Positions 1 to 11,338 are shown, counted from the first letter of the whole stretch. The stretch: DNA of 63,361 nt, filler included, from Octopus bimaculoides (GCF_001194135.2; 5 parts of 5 records of this genome joined end to end with filler, not necessarily neighbours in it); one strand, 5' to 3'. The notes: a model not told the origin generated them from the letters alone. Made by a program: numbers and translations.

Positions 1-39
1 CGTGTGGTACACGGAACAGTTCTCAAAGAGAAACTGGAC

Positions 40-330
40 CGAGACCAATTATTGGGTATGAGTTAAAGCTATTTATAACAAACTATGGGCTCCCGAAGGC
101 TTCAGAATTTTACTCTATCACGTGACCTTATTAGGGGCCGTGATTGGTCAGTTTGTGTTCTGGCGGGAAAGGTTCGAAGAAGTTGCCGATTCGAATAATG
201 ATCAGTCACGTGATGACAAGGTATGGGTTCTCTACTACGCTCGCATTTATTTATATTTAAATGAGAAGATTGTATGTAATGGCGATAGTAGTTTGTATCT
301 AATGGCGGGAGGTAGTTTCACTACAGATTG
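40..330. promoter_or_regulatory. Putative CpG-containing core promoter with CCAAT, CACGTG, E2F-like and YY1-like motifs
   Basis: CCAAT/ATTGG at ~45-54 and ~143-147, TCACGTGA at ~118 and ~206, TGGCGGGAAA (reverse TTTCCCGCCA, E2F consensus) at ~161 followed by TTCGAA, AATGGCG at ~279 and ~301, candidate donor AAG|GTATGG at 220/221. Confidence 0.5.
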
Positions 331-650
331 ATAGGATTTATCCATCCAGGGTCAACTTTTTTCCACACTTGCATTTCCATACATGTTCACTGTTTGGCTA
401 AAATATTTTCTGATGATTTGATCGTTTTCACGCGGCATGGGTTAGATTAAAATATAAAAATGTTTCGCCATAGTTTAAAATAGAAGACATTTCGCCACTC
501 CACTGATGAAAGTCTGATACGGTTAATTTGTTGGAGCAAAATTCAAGATACAACCGCGTTGCAGGCAAAGTTAAGATTTAATGACTTGAAGACAGAATGT
601 ATGAATCCCTCTCGGCAGTCAAAACCAAGAATCACTCGACAGCGATTATT

Positions 651-811
651 TGACAATATACACAATAGCCAATTCCCAAATAGGACAGGATGTGTATCAT
701 TCTCAGCAGTGTGAATCGAGCATCAACACTTGACAACATACACAATAGTCAATTCCTAAGCACGACAAAATGTGTGAATCATTCTCAGCAATTAGAACAA
801 AGCGTCAACAC
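651..811. repeat. Two-copy ~80 bp tandem repeat
   Basis: TGACAA(T/C)ATACACAATAG(C/T)CAATTCC...TGTGT...ATCATTCTCAGCA...TCAACAC starts at ~651 and again at ~731. Confidence 0.85.
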
Positions 812-1104
812 AATACCTCAAATAATAATAATAATAATAGAATGCTATATTTGCCAATTCAATGTCGAATGAAGTATGAGCCATTTGAAAAATTTTCGCT
901 GACAATGTTGCAAGTAATTGATATGATAGCAAACAATTATTTAATTGGCAGTACGACTCCAATCTATTAATTGGACCAATATATTGCAATTAATTTTTTA
1001 CAACCCCTGATACGTATATTGAGTTCTACACCAGGTTATTAGCCTCACAATGCCTAAGCGAAATGTATGTATATATGTCTCTTCTATTTTTTAATTATTA
1101 TAAA

Positions 1105-1355
1105 TCTTCCACTGAGAAGGAAGCCTGTTTCCAACGAAGATAAAAAGTTCCATCTTTGGGATGTAGTTAACACAAAGAAATTCACATTTGGTACTTGAGA
1201 AAAGTCTTGCATATTTTCACTGTTCCAGTTACAGATTGCACTTGTAATGTACGAATTAGCCGGTCGATTTCTCTTTCTGAAAATCCCAGTTTATCCAAGT
1301 TCTCCTTTAAGCATTTACTGACAAAATTTTCCATTATGCATTTGCTAACAAAATT
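1105..1355 (-). mobile_element. 3' end of an R4/Dong-like (RLE-type) non-LTR retrotransposon
   Basis: Translation FVSKCLKENLDKLGFSEREIDRLIRTLQVQSVTGTVKICKTFLKYQM* resembles the C-terminus of R4/Dong-clade ORFs (recalled pattern); 5'-truncated with an 18-nt 16/18 direct repeat at 1311-1328 and 1338-1355. Confidence 0.55.
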
Positions 1356-2119
1356 CTGTCTATATAGATATGTCTGTATGTGGGGAAGAATGCAGACCAC
1401 ACAGGCGCGCTCGCGCACACATACACGTTCACACATACGTATACCTTTTGTTGTTGCTAGGTTTTGTCGTTCGTATACATTAATTTATTCGTTATTTCAG
1501 CTGACATGCATTTCTGTTTAATGAGAAAGAAAAATACTTTATTTATTAATAGTAAAATAATAAAATCAACACTAACACAAAAAAAGACACTTCTACAAGA
1601 TGGACAAAAAAATAGCCGATAACATCCGATTATCGATCTACATACACAATTGTAGCTTCCACAAATATTTAACCCCCCTCTCTCTCTTTCTCTCTCTCAC
1701 ACACCCACACACATGCGTACAAAAGTACACTAACTTGACGGAAATATCCGAAGCATCCCGATCGTTTTTCGTAGCCACCCCTTCCTCCTTGTAATTTTTA
1801 TCGTATCAGCTCTTCAGGTTGATATAACGTCTAAAATGCCGCTTCTTCTAGCATAACTTTCGTATTTTCTTGTACATGAAAAAAAATAGACACAATATTT
1901 TGTGTAAATATATATTTATATTTATTATTTGTGTAAATTTTAAATAGTATCGAAAGCAAATAACAGCTGCAAAAACGAAGAAGAAGAAAAGTGAAACCAA
2001 TCTACGTTTAGTATCTTTTTGTGTTTGTTTTTTATTTTCATGGAATTTTGTCTTCGCAATATTTTGGACGATTTGCTGCTGCTGGCGACTGGAGTTTGGA
2101 GTTTATAGGATGTTCCAAG

Positions 2120-2151
2120 ATGCAGGCTGATGAAGCCAGATATTTGAAACG
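2120..2151 (+). CDS. Candidate coding first exon (MQADEARYLKR, phase-2 end) of an unidentified gene
   Basis: AAGATGC start context, open frame to strong donor CG|GTAAGG at 2152, preceded by ~400 bp of non-repetitive 5'UTR-like DNA. Also overlaps a hammerhead-like motif, so ambiguous. Confidence 0.3.
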
Positions 2152-2516
2152 GTAAGGGTGTCCTCTATTTCATCGTGTATTCATACATACCTATATATAC
2201 ACGTATCGATCTAGTTATCTATATTTATAAATTTGGTTGGGTGTAGGTACATAAAATAGAGATATATGTAAAATGTATTTCTGTTGCTTATTGTTTCAGT
2301 TTCTCTTAGTACTCCTACAATATAATCCAATGTATCTCCCTCTCTCTCTCCCTATCTATCTATATATGTGTATATATATATATGTGTGTGTGTATATATA
2401 TGTCGTCAATGTACCGTATATGTATATACACACGTATGTATATTTGTCTCCTTTCTATACATATATATATATCCTCAAACACAGTGTATCTCTCTCTATA
2501 TATATGTGTGTATATA

Positions 2517-2580
<64 letters not shown>

Positions 2581-3105
2581 TAATATTAGGGATAATACTA
2601 TATATATATATATATATATATAAATAATAATATTAGGGATAATACTATATATATATATATATATATANNNNNNNNNNNNNNNNNNNNNNNNNNNNNNNNN
2701 NNNNNNNNNNNNNNNNNNNNNNNNNNNNNNNNNNNNNNNNNNNNNNNNNNNNNNNNNNNNNNNNNNNNNNNNNNNNNNNNNNNNNNNNNNNNNNNNNNNN
2801 NNNNNNNNNNNNNNNNNNNNNNNNNNNNNNNNNNNNNNNNNNNNNNNNNNNNNNNNNNNNNNNNNNNNNNNNNNNNNNNNNNNNNNNNNNNNNNNNNNNN
2901 NNNNNNNNNNNNNNNNNNNNNNNNNNNNNNNNNNNNNNNNNNNNNNNNNNNNNNNNNNNNNNNNNNNNNNNNNNNNNNNNNNNNNNNNNNNNNNNNNNNN
3001 NNNNNNNNNNNNNNNCACACACACAACGCAAGTGATATACATAGAAAGAGAGCCAGTCATAGATGTAAATATTTATGTATATATGTATTATAGGTATTAA
3101 CTATA

Positions 3106-3298
3106 GGTACTACTAAAGCAGCACGGTCCCGAACGCGCGGTCGCGCGTCCGCGCTAGCTAGTCGTGAGTGGTCGATCCTAATCCTAACCCTAACCCTAAA
3201 CACGTATTCATTTGCACACGCGGGTTAGGGTTAGGATCGATCACTCAAGACTAGCTAGCGCGACTGCGCGTTCGGGTCCGTGCTGCTTTAGTAGTACC
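3106..3298. mobile_element. 193-bp foldback MITE with 9-bp TSD (Mutator/MULE-like)
   Basis: Long TIRs GGTACTACTAAAGCAGCACGG.../...CCGTGCTGCTTTAGTAGTACC; exact TTAACTATA duplication at 3097-3105 and 3299-3307; internal TAACCC/GGGTTA hexamers. Confidence 0.85.
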
Positions 3299-3303
3299 TT
3301 AAC

Positions 3304-3341
<38 letters not shown>

Positions 3342-3362
3342 AATGTTTGATAGAAGTAACGA

Positions 3363-3426
3363 AGTGACTCAAGGGCGTACGGTTTCGTGTGGTAGCTAGC
3401 ACAAAACTCTCGGCCCTTGAGTCACT
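3363..3426. repeat. Short inverted-repeat element (14-bp perfect arms)
   Basis: AGTGACTCAAGGGC (3363-3376) and GCCCTTGAGTCACT (3413-3426); the right arm recurs at ~7378-7392. Confidence 0.75.
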
Positions 3427-4039
3427 GATACTTGTCATATATTAGCAACAAATACATATATATACTCATGTTTTGAGTTCTTTTTCCCTGTTTGCATCGC
3501 CAAAACATATACACATACATGCATGCATACACACACTCACACACATACATACACACACACATCTCTGTCTCTTTGAAAACAGAAAACCTAGCCAACAGGT
3601 TGCCCGATATGCTGTGAATAGTATTTTAATTTACTTCAAAATTATGTACGCTGTCCAGGTAAAATATGTCAGACTAAGGTATAATCTAATATTATTAGAT
3701 GGCTAAAGCTAAAATAGAAAAAGAGATTTTAAAATACCACAACGGGATGATCATATCGTGAAACACTTTTTCTGATCATAGCATTTGTCTAATGTGTCGC
3801 GACTGACCTGGGGCTAAACATCAAAACAGACGTTTCGCTTTTCTGATAATAATTCGATCGATTCCATAATAAATATCACTTAATTTATTAATATAATTAT
3901 ATATTTTCGCTTCTTATGTTTGTTATTATGATTCTTAGGGTTTTTTTTCTAAACACATACACACACACAATAACTCAATATATCGAGAAAACCTATAATA
4001 CCAGCCCTGAGATTGGGACAATGTCATTCGATCGATTGT

Positions 4040-5765
4040 TGTTGTTTATCTCTTTAGGTCAAACCTATGATTTAACGCTTTCCAGCCGTGATCATCCTGT
4101 CTTTTAATTTTTCTTTCTTTCTTTCTAGATTACATTATCAAATGTATCTTTCCATTTTTTTAAAGACTGGTAAGGTGTGGTTTGTAAAATATGGGTTATT
4201 TGGCTGTTATTTCTATTTTTAATAGTTTCCCAGTAGCTACCTTGAGGCTCCATCGGTAGTTCTTTACGATCGATATTACATTTAATATCACTTGGTTAAT
4301 TAATTTAATTAAAGAATTAATATACAATATATTTCTCTAAATTTGTTATTACATCCGTTGGTTCCAATAGGATCTTAGGAATATTAAACAAAAACGCCAA
4401 ATGCGGCCCAAATTGTTTTGACCTTGTTATTTTCGTTTAGTTTAATGATGTTTAAGCCCTAGATCAACTCTGATCAAATGTATTCCAACCGCGACCATCA
4501 CGTTTCTGTTTCTTTCTACGCAGAGTATATGCAGCTTCATTTTTCTATCACTGTTTATTAAAACGGTAAATTGGGTGTGATTTGGGAGTAGAATTGTTCG
4601 CTAATTCTAGTAGATCGAACGGCCCCACGAAGAGGCTTTTGGTGTTGTTTTTTTTTTTTATCCCGCCCCTATATCAGCCCTGATTGAGTAGTTATCTGTA
4701 ATCAAAGTCATTCCAGCTGTGACTATCCCGTCTTTTCGTATATAACATATATCTATTGCTACATTGTCTAGAAAGTTGAATGAAATATATTTCATCTACA
4801 AATACAGAGAAAAAAAAATTGTTTAGTAAATTCTAGTTTGGACACACCTGCTTGTCCATTTTGTTTCTCTGCTTGTTATTTATGATTCCTAGATTATTCC
4901 TAAAATATATAATAGCTAAATCAATAGACTCTTTATTTAAATGTCTCTTTATTTCTATGGAAACCCATGAAAGCAAACCAACATACTGTGACATCTTTCT
5001 CATTGGGTCTAAACAAGATGATGTTTGGGATATTTTGCATAGAATCATTTTTCTTTTTGCTTCAGATGAATTTTTTAAAAAATCATTTGTATTTCAACAT
5101 TGCCAAATGCGGTTTTTTCTTATATAAATTTTCAAATTGTCCCAGGGCAATTTGATAGGAAGGAGGTTTGGCTGCTATGTCTAGCAAGAGGCACGCCCTT
5201 CTTTCGTTCAGTGTTATATATCAGGTGTGGGCAGCCTTTTTCGAGAAACGGGCCGCGTGAGACATGTCTCAACATGAGGCGGGCTGCACTACTAAAAAAA
5301 ATTCTAGGTAAATTTCGTTAGGTGTGCTATTCAGAAAGTCCCGCTAGCCGCGGCTTCCCTACGATGTATATATATCTTAATTTTCTTCTATCACGCTCGT
5401 TTTTACCTCTCCGTCTGTTCTCTCTATCCAAAAATGTCACCCGTTTAGGTGACGGACCATTTATTAGTTGAAATATTGCGCGAGGCTGGGTTGGGCTAGG
5501 ATAATAAGCAACACAAGCAAGCGATTTCTCATCCAGTCCATCCCACCTCATCTCATTCGTTTCATTTTTTGTCTTATGGTGGTGCTGTTTAACCCTTGGC
5601 CAATACTGATCCGACAGATATACAATCAAATGTGTTCCAGTTGTTGTCTTGTTGATTTTTTTTTTTAAGGATATGATGTATCGAGAACTACATTATATGA
5701 TATACCCTTCTCCTCTAGAGTGTGCGATTTGAGTGAGATCTGGTTGCTGTTTCGAGTAACCAAGT
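4040..5765 (+). repeat. Cluster of degraded copies of one dispersed repeat family (GAGGGAGATTTGGCTGCTATTTCTAGCA core)
   Basis: Related segments at ~4040-4215, ~4455-4640, ~4670-4780, ~5160-5190 and ~5720-5760; further copies at ~8845-8905, ~9930-9985 and ~12150-12355. Confidence 0.65.
5222..5366. mobile_element. Degenerate hAT-like MITE
   Basis: Left end CAGGTGTGGGCAGCC resembles hAT CAGGGGTGGGCAAC termini; imperfect inverse end GGCTTCCCTACGATG. Confidence 0.35.
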
Positions 5766-6631
5766 AGGGGTTCTCTCTCATCTCCTTGGTTCATGTGTAC
5801 TATATATACATGTGTGTGTATTATCTTTCTGTCCGAAATCCCAGACAAACCTACGCTACATACCGCAGTAACATACACAAATGAAGGCAGTTCATTCACC
5901 AAACGACATAAATAAAAGCAAATGCAGAGGGGAAATTATATATCGGGGACATTAATTTCAGGAACCCCAGGCAAGCCATTACTGACATGCTGAAAGATAA
6001 AATAACATAACGAAGAAAGAAGTGTATGGATGGTGCTAACTCTGATTTTGATGTCTCATTAATATAAAGGAGAGGGCGGGAGTTTTTGCAAATATTTTTG
6101 GGGTAAGACAATGTTGTCCTTGAATTATGTATGTGTGATAAGAATCGTGATGGTTATAGCTGGAAAACTTCTACTCCAATGCCTGTTTGATGTGACGCAG
6201 TACAGTCACATACTACAACGCACACACACACACACACACATACATACATATGATCTATTGCTGAGCCCTACGAGCTGGGTTTCTTTAAGAAGCCTAAGAA
6301 ACATTAAGGTACATGAGATCGAATCAAACTGTTTCAAATAATACGTAACTCCTTAATAATGTGTTAAACGCATCTTTCGTTTGTCCGCTCACCTGCACAT
6401 ACATACATACACGCACGCGCGTGTGTATACATATGTATATATGATGAGGCATGTAAATCACTCTGTCTAAAAATCGGTACAGCTAGAACGTAACCTTGCA
6501 TTTACAGTATAGAATGGTGTTGAACTAATCTAAACAATATTGTTAGCCTTGTGTAGTAACAGAGAGCTTATAAAGTATTTTGTCCTGATTGATAACCCCT
6601 CACTAATAACTTTTATATATGATATATGTGT

Positions 6632-7010
6632 AGGAGTGGCTGTGTGGTAAGTAGCTTGCTTACCAACCACATGGTCCCGGGTTCAGTCCCACTGCGTGGC
6701 ATCTTGGGCAAGTGCCTTCTACTATAGCCTCGGGCCGACCAAAGCCTTGTGAGTGGATTTGGTAGACGGAAACTGAAAGAAGCCCGTCGTATATGTGTAT
6801 ATATATATGTGTGTGTGTGTTTGTCCCCCAACATCGCTTGACAACCGATGCTGGTGTGTTTATGTCCCCGTAACTTAGTGGTTCGGCAAAAGAGACCGAT
6901 AGAATAAGTACTAGGCTTCCAAAGAATAAGTCCTGGGGTCGATTTGTTCGACTAAAGGCGGTGCTCCAACATGGCCACAGTCAAAAGACTGAAACAAGTA
7001 AAAGAGAATA
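6632..7010 (+). mobile_element. Near full-length tRNA-derived SINE (family A)
   Basis: A-box-like TGGCTGTGTGGTAAG, B-box-like GGTTCAGTCCC, body GGGCAAGTG...GAAACTGAAAGAAGCCCGTCG, internal TA/TG tract, tail GAAACAAGTAAAAGAG; many other copies in the window. Confidence 0.85.
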
Positions 7011-7042
7011 TATATACTTTTGGCCAACCCAGCATATATATA

Positions 7043-7268
7043 TGGGGTGGCCAAAAGTCACCTGACAGTAAATCAAAACCATTTAATTCCAAGATTAAAA
7101 CAAAAAAATTATTTTATATGAGACCTCGTTAATAAATAGACAAATTTGAAGAAAAAAAAAGCGGTGATTTTAACTCACAGCATTCAATTATTAAACATTC
7201 ATAATTGGAATGAATAAATAAAATTGAATATTAAGTATTTATGGAATTTTGATTTACTGTCGGATGAC
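7043..7268. mobile_element. Tc1/mariner-type MITE with disrupted right TIR
   Basis: Left TIR GGGGTGGCCAAAAGTCACCTGACAGTAAATCAAAACC after TA; right arm ...TTTTGATTTACTGTCGGATGAC is cut short; same family as 11104-11338. Confidence 0.7.
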
Positions 7269-7270
7269 AG

Positions 7271-7363
7271 TACAAGAAGAGTGGTGATAGTGATTTCGAA
7301 GTTTTGGCCTGCTAGCCTTGAAAGGCCGAAATTTTCGGAGTCTCTATCACCATTCTTCTTGTA
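7271..7363. repeat. 93-bp imperfect hairpin
   Basis: TACAAGAAGAGTGGTGATAG (7271-7290) versus CTATCACCATTCTTCTTGTA (7344-7363), 19/20 complementary, with inner GGCCT/AGGCC pairing. Confidence 0.8.
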
Positions 7364-7431
7364 AAAGTGATACTCTCGACCCTTGAGTCACTCTAACTTC
7401 TGTTGATTAATAGTAATTATAATAATAATTC

Positions 7432-7560
7432 TTTCTACTATAGACACAAGGCCTGAAATTTTAGGGGAGGGGACTAGTCGATTATATCGACCCCAGTATT
7501 TCACTGGTACTTAATTTATCGACCCCGAAAGGGATGAAAAACAAAGTCCACCTCGGCAAA
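7432..7560 (+). mobile_element. SINE-like dispersed repeat (family C)
   Basis: CACAAGGCCTGAAATTTT...GTCGATTATATCGACCCCAG...GACCCCGAAAGGGATGAAA; related copies at ~15800-15960(-), ~16175-16345(-), ~21365-21560(+), ~28130-28200(-), ~28385-28550(+) and ~40260-40350(+). Confidence 0.75.
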
Positions 7561-8229
7561 ATAATAATTATAATAATAATGATTTCTTTTATTGGCCACA
7601 AGGGCCCAAGACATGGATGTTTCATAAAAATATATATACACACACACACATATGTATGTATGTGTTTATGTGCTTATATAAACACGGACACACACACATA
7701 TACACATGTAACACACGTAGGTCCTTTTACTTGACATCAACCGTCAATTCTCAAGCGGTTGTTGATGTGTCAGTTTATGTGTATATTAACAACAAGTAAC
7801 TAACCGATGTTGTTTGTAGTCAGCCGTGTTGCTAGTTACTAATTAATCTCACTTTATTGTTGTCATTATCTCTTACTATGTTTAATCTCACCCCCCCCCC
7901 CTCATCTCATAATATAGATTTCGATTATGAACACTAAATAATTAAATNNNNNNNNNNNNNNNNNNNNNNNNNNNNNNNNNNNNNNNNNNNNNNNNNNNNN
8001 NNNNNNNNNNNNNNNNNNNNNNNNNNNNNNNNNNNNNNNNNNNNNNNNNNNNNNNNNNNNNNNNNNNNNNNNNNNNNNNNNNNNNNNNNNNNNNNNNNNN
8101 NNNNNNNNNNNNNNNNNNNNNNNNNNNNNNNNNNNNNNNNNNNNNNNNNNNNNNNNNNNNNNNNNNNNNNNNNNNNNNNNNNNNNNNNNNNNNNNNNNNN
8201 NNNNNNNNNNNNNNNNNNNNNNNNNNNNN

Positions 8230-8548
8230 AACCTGGTACTTATTCTAACGTTCTGTTTTGACGAACCGCTAAGTAACGGGAACGTAAGCACACCAACAGT
8301 CGTTGTGAAGCGGTGGTGGGAGACAAACTTAGACACAAAGACGCACACACACGTGTGTGTGTGTGTGCGTGCGTTTGTGTGTAAAACACACGAAAGGCTT
8401 CTGCCAGTTTCCGTGTACCAAAACCACTCGCAAGGCTTTAGTCGGCCCGAGGCTATAGTAGAAGACACTTGCCCAAGGTGCCACGTAGTTGGACTGAATC
8501 AAGAACCATGGGGTTGGGAAGCAAACTTCTTACCACGCCTGTTCCTCA
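8230..8548 (-). mobile_element. SINE family A copy
   Basis: Reverse complement of the 6632 element (AGAAGACACTTGCCCAAGGTGCCACG...CTTCTTACCAC). Confidence 0.8.
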
Positions 8549-8965
8549 GTACATGCACGTATGTATATGTATGCATGTTTGTGCCTTTCTACTTGTCTCC
8601 TTTAACTTAGCCGTTCGGTAGAAGATATCGATAGAATAAATAGCAGGCTTTAAAATATGTTTTCGATTTGACTACACTTTTCAAAGCAGTGTTCCAATGA
8701 AAAGCAAGATATCAGATATGAATCAGGGACACTTCTAACCGTGCAGACATCATTAGAGGCGTTCCATTTGTGACCATCCCATATTTTTGTTGCGCATATA
8801 GGATTGTGATGTCTATTGTATTTGCGCCTATATATATATATGAGGGAGTGATTTGAGGGAGATTTGGCTGCTATTTCTAGCATGTCGAAGATCGTGTAGC
8901 AGACCTCCTCCTTGCTTCACAGTTTAGCTAGGTTTATTTTTTGATGTGAGGACCATATTGTTTAT

Positions 8966-9285
8966 CTTTTACTTGTTTCAGTCATTGGACCTACCTTTTT
9001 TTTAAAGCCTGGTACTTATTCTATCAGCTTGTTTTGCCAAACTGCTAGGTTATAGGAACATAAATACACCGACACCTGTTGTCAAGCAGTGGTGGGGAAT
9101 AAACACAGACACATACACACACACATGACAACAGGTCTCTTTGAGTTTCTGTCAACCAAATCCGCTCACAAGGCTTTGGTTGGCCTGAGACTATAGTAGA
9201 AGACATGCCCAAGGTGTCATGCAGTGGAACTGAACATGGAATCATGTGGTTGGGAAGCAAACTTCTCACCACACAGCCACACCTG
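8966..9285 (-). mobile_element. SINE family A copy
   Basis: TTTACTTGTTTCAGTCATT...GAAGACATGCCCAAGG...CACACAGCCAC, reverse of the family A consensus. Confidence 0.8.
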
Positions 9286-9751
9286 CGGTTCATTCATAAA
9301 TTATAATATTCTAGTGTTGTGTGTGTCGACGCAGGCATGGCACATACGCTATGTAACAATCCTTTGTTATACTCCCTGTTACTATCTGTTAGTGTACATT
9401 ATGTAACAAAGAAACAATTTAAATTATTTATCTTTCCTTGTCACAGCTAAGCTTATCACAATCTTCCGCAAATTTTCCTATTGACTAATTATTATTGACA
9501 TAAACCATCATCGACTTTGCTGCATTTCAGTATGTTACCTTTGGTAAGGCAACATTCTGAAGTTGATGATGGTTTATAAATATAATAATAACCAAGCAAT
9601 AGAAAAGTAGTAGTAGTAATGTTGTTATTGTTTAAACCACACACACACTCACTCTCTCCACAGACATACACACACACTCACTCACTCTCTTCCCCAGACC
9701 AGCCATAACAAGCTGGGGGGAGGGTTTCTTTTGTGGTTAATATATCTAGAA

Positions 9752-9912
9752 CAGTGGTTTCCAACCTTTTCACTATGAAGGACCCCTTTTATTTAAATGA
9801 GTTCTCCCACAGACCCCTATTAATATGCTTATGCTTTTGTATATATGAAATTTTGAATTTAGTTCACAGACCCCCAGTACTACCTTTTCAGACCACAGGT
9901 CGGGAACCACTG
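9752..9912. mobile_element. hAT (Charlie-like) MITE, 161 bp
   Basis: TIRs CAGTGGTTTCCAACCT / AGGTCGGGAACCACTG; 8-bp TSD ATCTAGAA (9744-9751) versus ATCTAGGA (9913-9920), matching the NTCTAGAN target preference. Confidence 0.8.
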
Positions 9913-10049
9913 ATCTAGGACTACATCATTATTGGCTGCTATTTCTAGCAAATTGAGGGACCACATAGAGGTTACCTTGCTGCTTTAGTGGTTCAAGGGT
10001 ATTACTGAGTGAGGTTTTGCCAATCAGCCAGATAGTCTTTTCTTTTCTT

Positions 10050-10480
10050 TTGGATGGGTTGCTTTGGTTTAGTGTTGAGTAATTGCAGATTAGCTCTGGT
10101 CACAATCACACAATCTACATCATGTGGATAGTTGATAGTTTCAAGCATTTGTTTGTAGCCTTTGTAGACACAGCACTGGCCTGCTTATGAATAGAACACC
10201 AACATGGATTATATGTGCTGTGCAGATTAGGGCTGAACTATTTTCTTACCTCAAAACCAGAATCTTAGTCTTTGGAATGTAGTTTTGGCACTGGTTGGTA
10301 TTAGATACGTTTTAGTATCATTTACAAGCATCATCATAAATTCCACATGTTATGTCATATATCATGATAAAATTAAATTGCAAACAATGCAGGACTGAAA
10401 GTTGATCCTTGTGGAATTCTTTTGGTTATCCAATTTATCATTCTAACCAGAGTTGTCATTCTCAACCTGAATATATTGTT
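10050..10480 (-). mobile_element. Degraded LINE reverse-transcriptase fragment (CR1/L2-like)
   Basis: Minus strand encodes IPQGSTFSPALF and a degenerate xxDDTK-like motif; many stops. Confidence 0.45.
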
Positions 10481-10699
10481 TCATCTTTATAGAGAAGCTA
10501 GCTGAAGGAAGCACCTTCACCCAGCACTGAAATCTGGCTCTATACTCTAAGGAGTGAAGAGAACCAGCCAAATGATAAACCTGCCCTTGAACATTAGAAG
10601 TAGTAGTTGGTATTCATCCTTTTTTTTGTACAATGTTTGTAGTATGTAATGATGTCATTTAAAACTAGGAGTTGTACATATATATTATCATCATTTAAC

Positions 10700-10945
10700 A
10701 AGCCAAGTGAAATCGTAGTCATAGCCGATGCCAGTGTCACATGGCACAGGTGCTTTCATATGTCACTGGCATAAATGCCAGATGCACGTAAAAAGCACCT
10801 ATTACAATCTTGGAGTGGTTGGTGTTGGGAAGGGCATCCAGCTGTAGAAACTATGCCAAATTAGACTGGAACTTGTGTAGCTCTCCAGCTTACCAGTTCC
10901 TGTCAAACTGTCTAACCCATGCCAACATGGAAAGCAGACACTAAA
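10700..10945 (+). mobile_element. SINE family B copy
   Basis: GGAGTGGTTGGTGTTGGGAAGGGCATCCAGCTGTAGAAAC...CCCATGCCAACATGGAAAGCAGAC; other copies at ~42150-42340(-), ~43215-43500(+), ~45740-45960(-), ~52675-52830(-) and ~56100-56360(-). Confidence 0.75.
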
Positions 10946-11103
10946 TGGTATTTTCTACAACCAGATGCACTTCCTGTTGCCAGCTCTCACCTGTTTCTAA
11001 GTAAGGTAATATTTCCCCATAGCTTGACATGTCTTTCATAGAAGACTAGAAATAAACAACATCATTTAAGCTGTCAAGAAAATGGTATGCAGAAACACAT
11101 ATA

Positions 11104-11338
11104 CAAGGTTGGCCTAAAGTCACCTGACAGTAAATCAAAACCATTTTTAATTCCAAGATTTATTTATGTTTACCAACTGAATGAATTTAATAAAATCATC
11201 TAAATATGAAGCATCATGAAAATTGTTCAAACTGAAGTCCTTCTTGTGAGACACATTTTTCCATTTGAGTCAAAACAGAATTCCAGATAGTACTTATGGA
11301 ATTTTAATTTACTGTCAGGTGACTTTTGGCCAACCCTT
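11104..11338. mobile_element. Complete Tc1/mariner-type MITE
   Basis: TIRs CAAGGTTGGCCTAAAGTCACCTGACAGTAAA / TTTACTGTCAGGTGACTTTTGGCCAACCCTT flanked by TA. Confidence 0.85.

Noticed and set aside
2120-2151. Resemblance of MQA...RYLK to the N-terminus of a Drosophila dunce/PDE4 isoform as I recall it
   Set aside because: Only a few residues, from memory, and no PDE4 FDVENG-type exon is visible in the window; no gene symbol assigned.
2575-2667. Duplicated AAATAATAATATTAGGGATAATAC(TA)n unit
   Set aside because: Adjacent to a gap; likely an assembly overlap artefact.
3180-3240. TAACCC/TTAGGG repeats as a telomere or fusion site
   Set aside because: Only 2-3 units per arm and contained within a TSD-flanked MITE.
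6632-6710. tRNA-like A/B boxes at SINE heads
   Set aside because: No complete cloverleaf and continuous with multi-copy SINE bodies; not tRNA genes.
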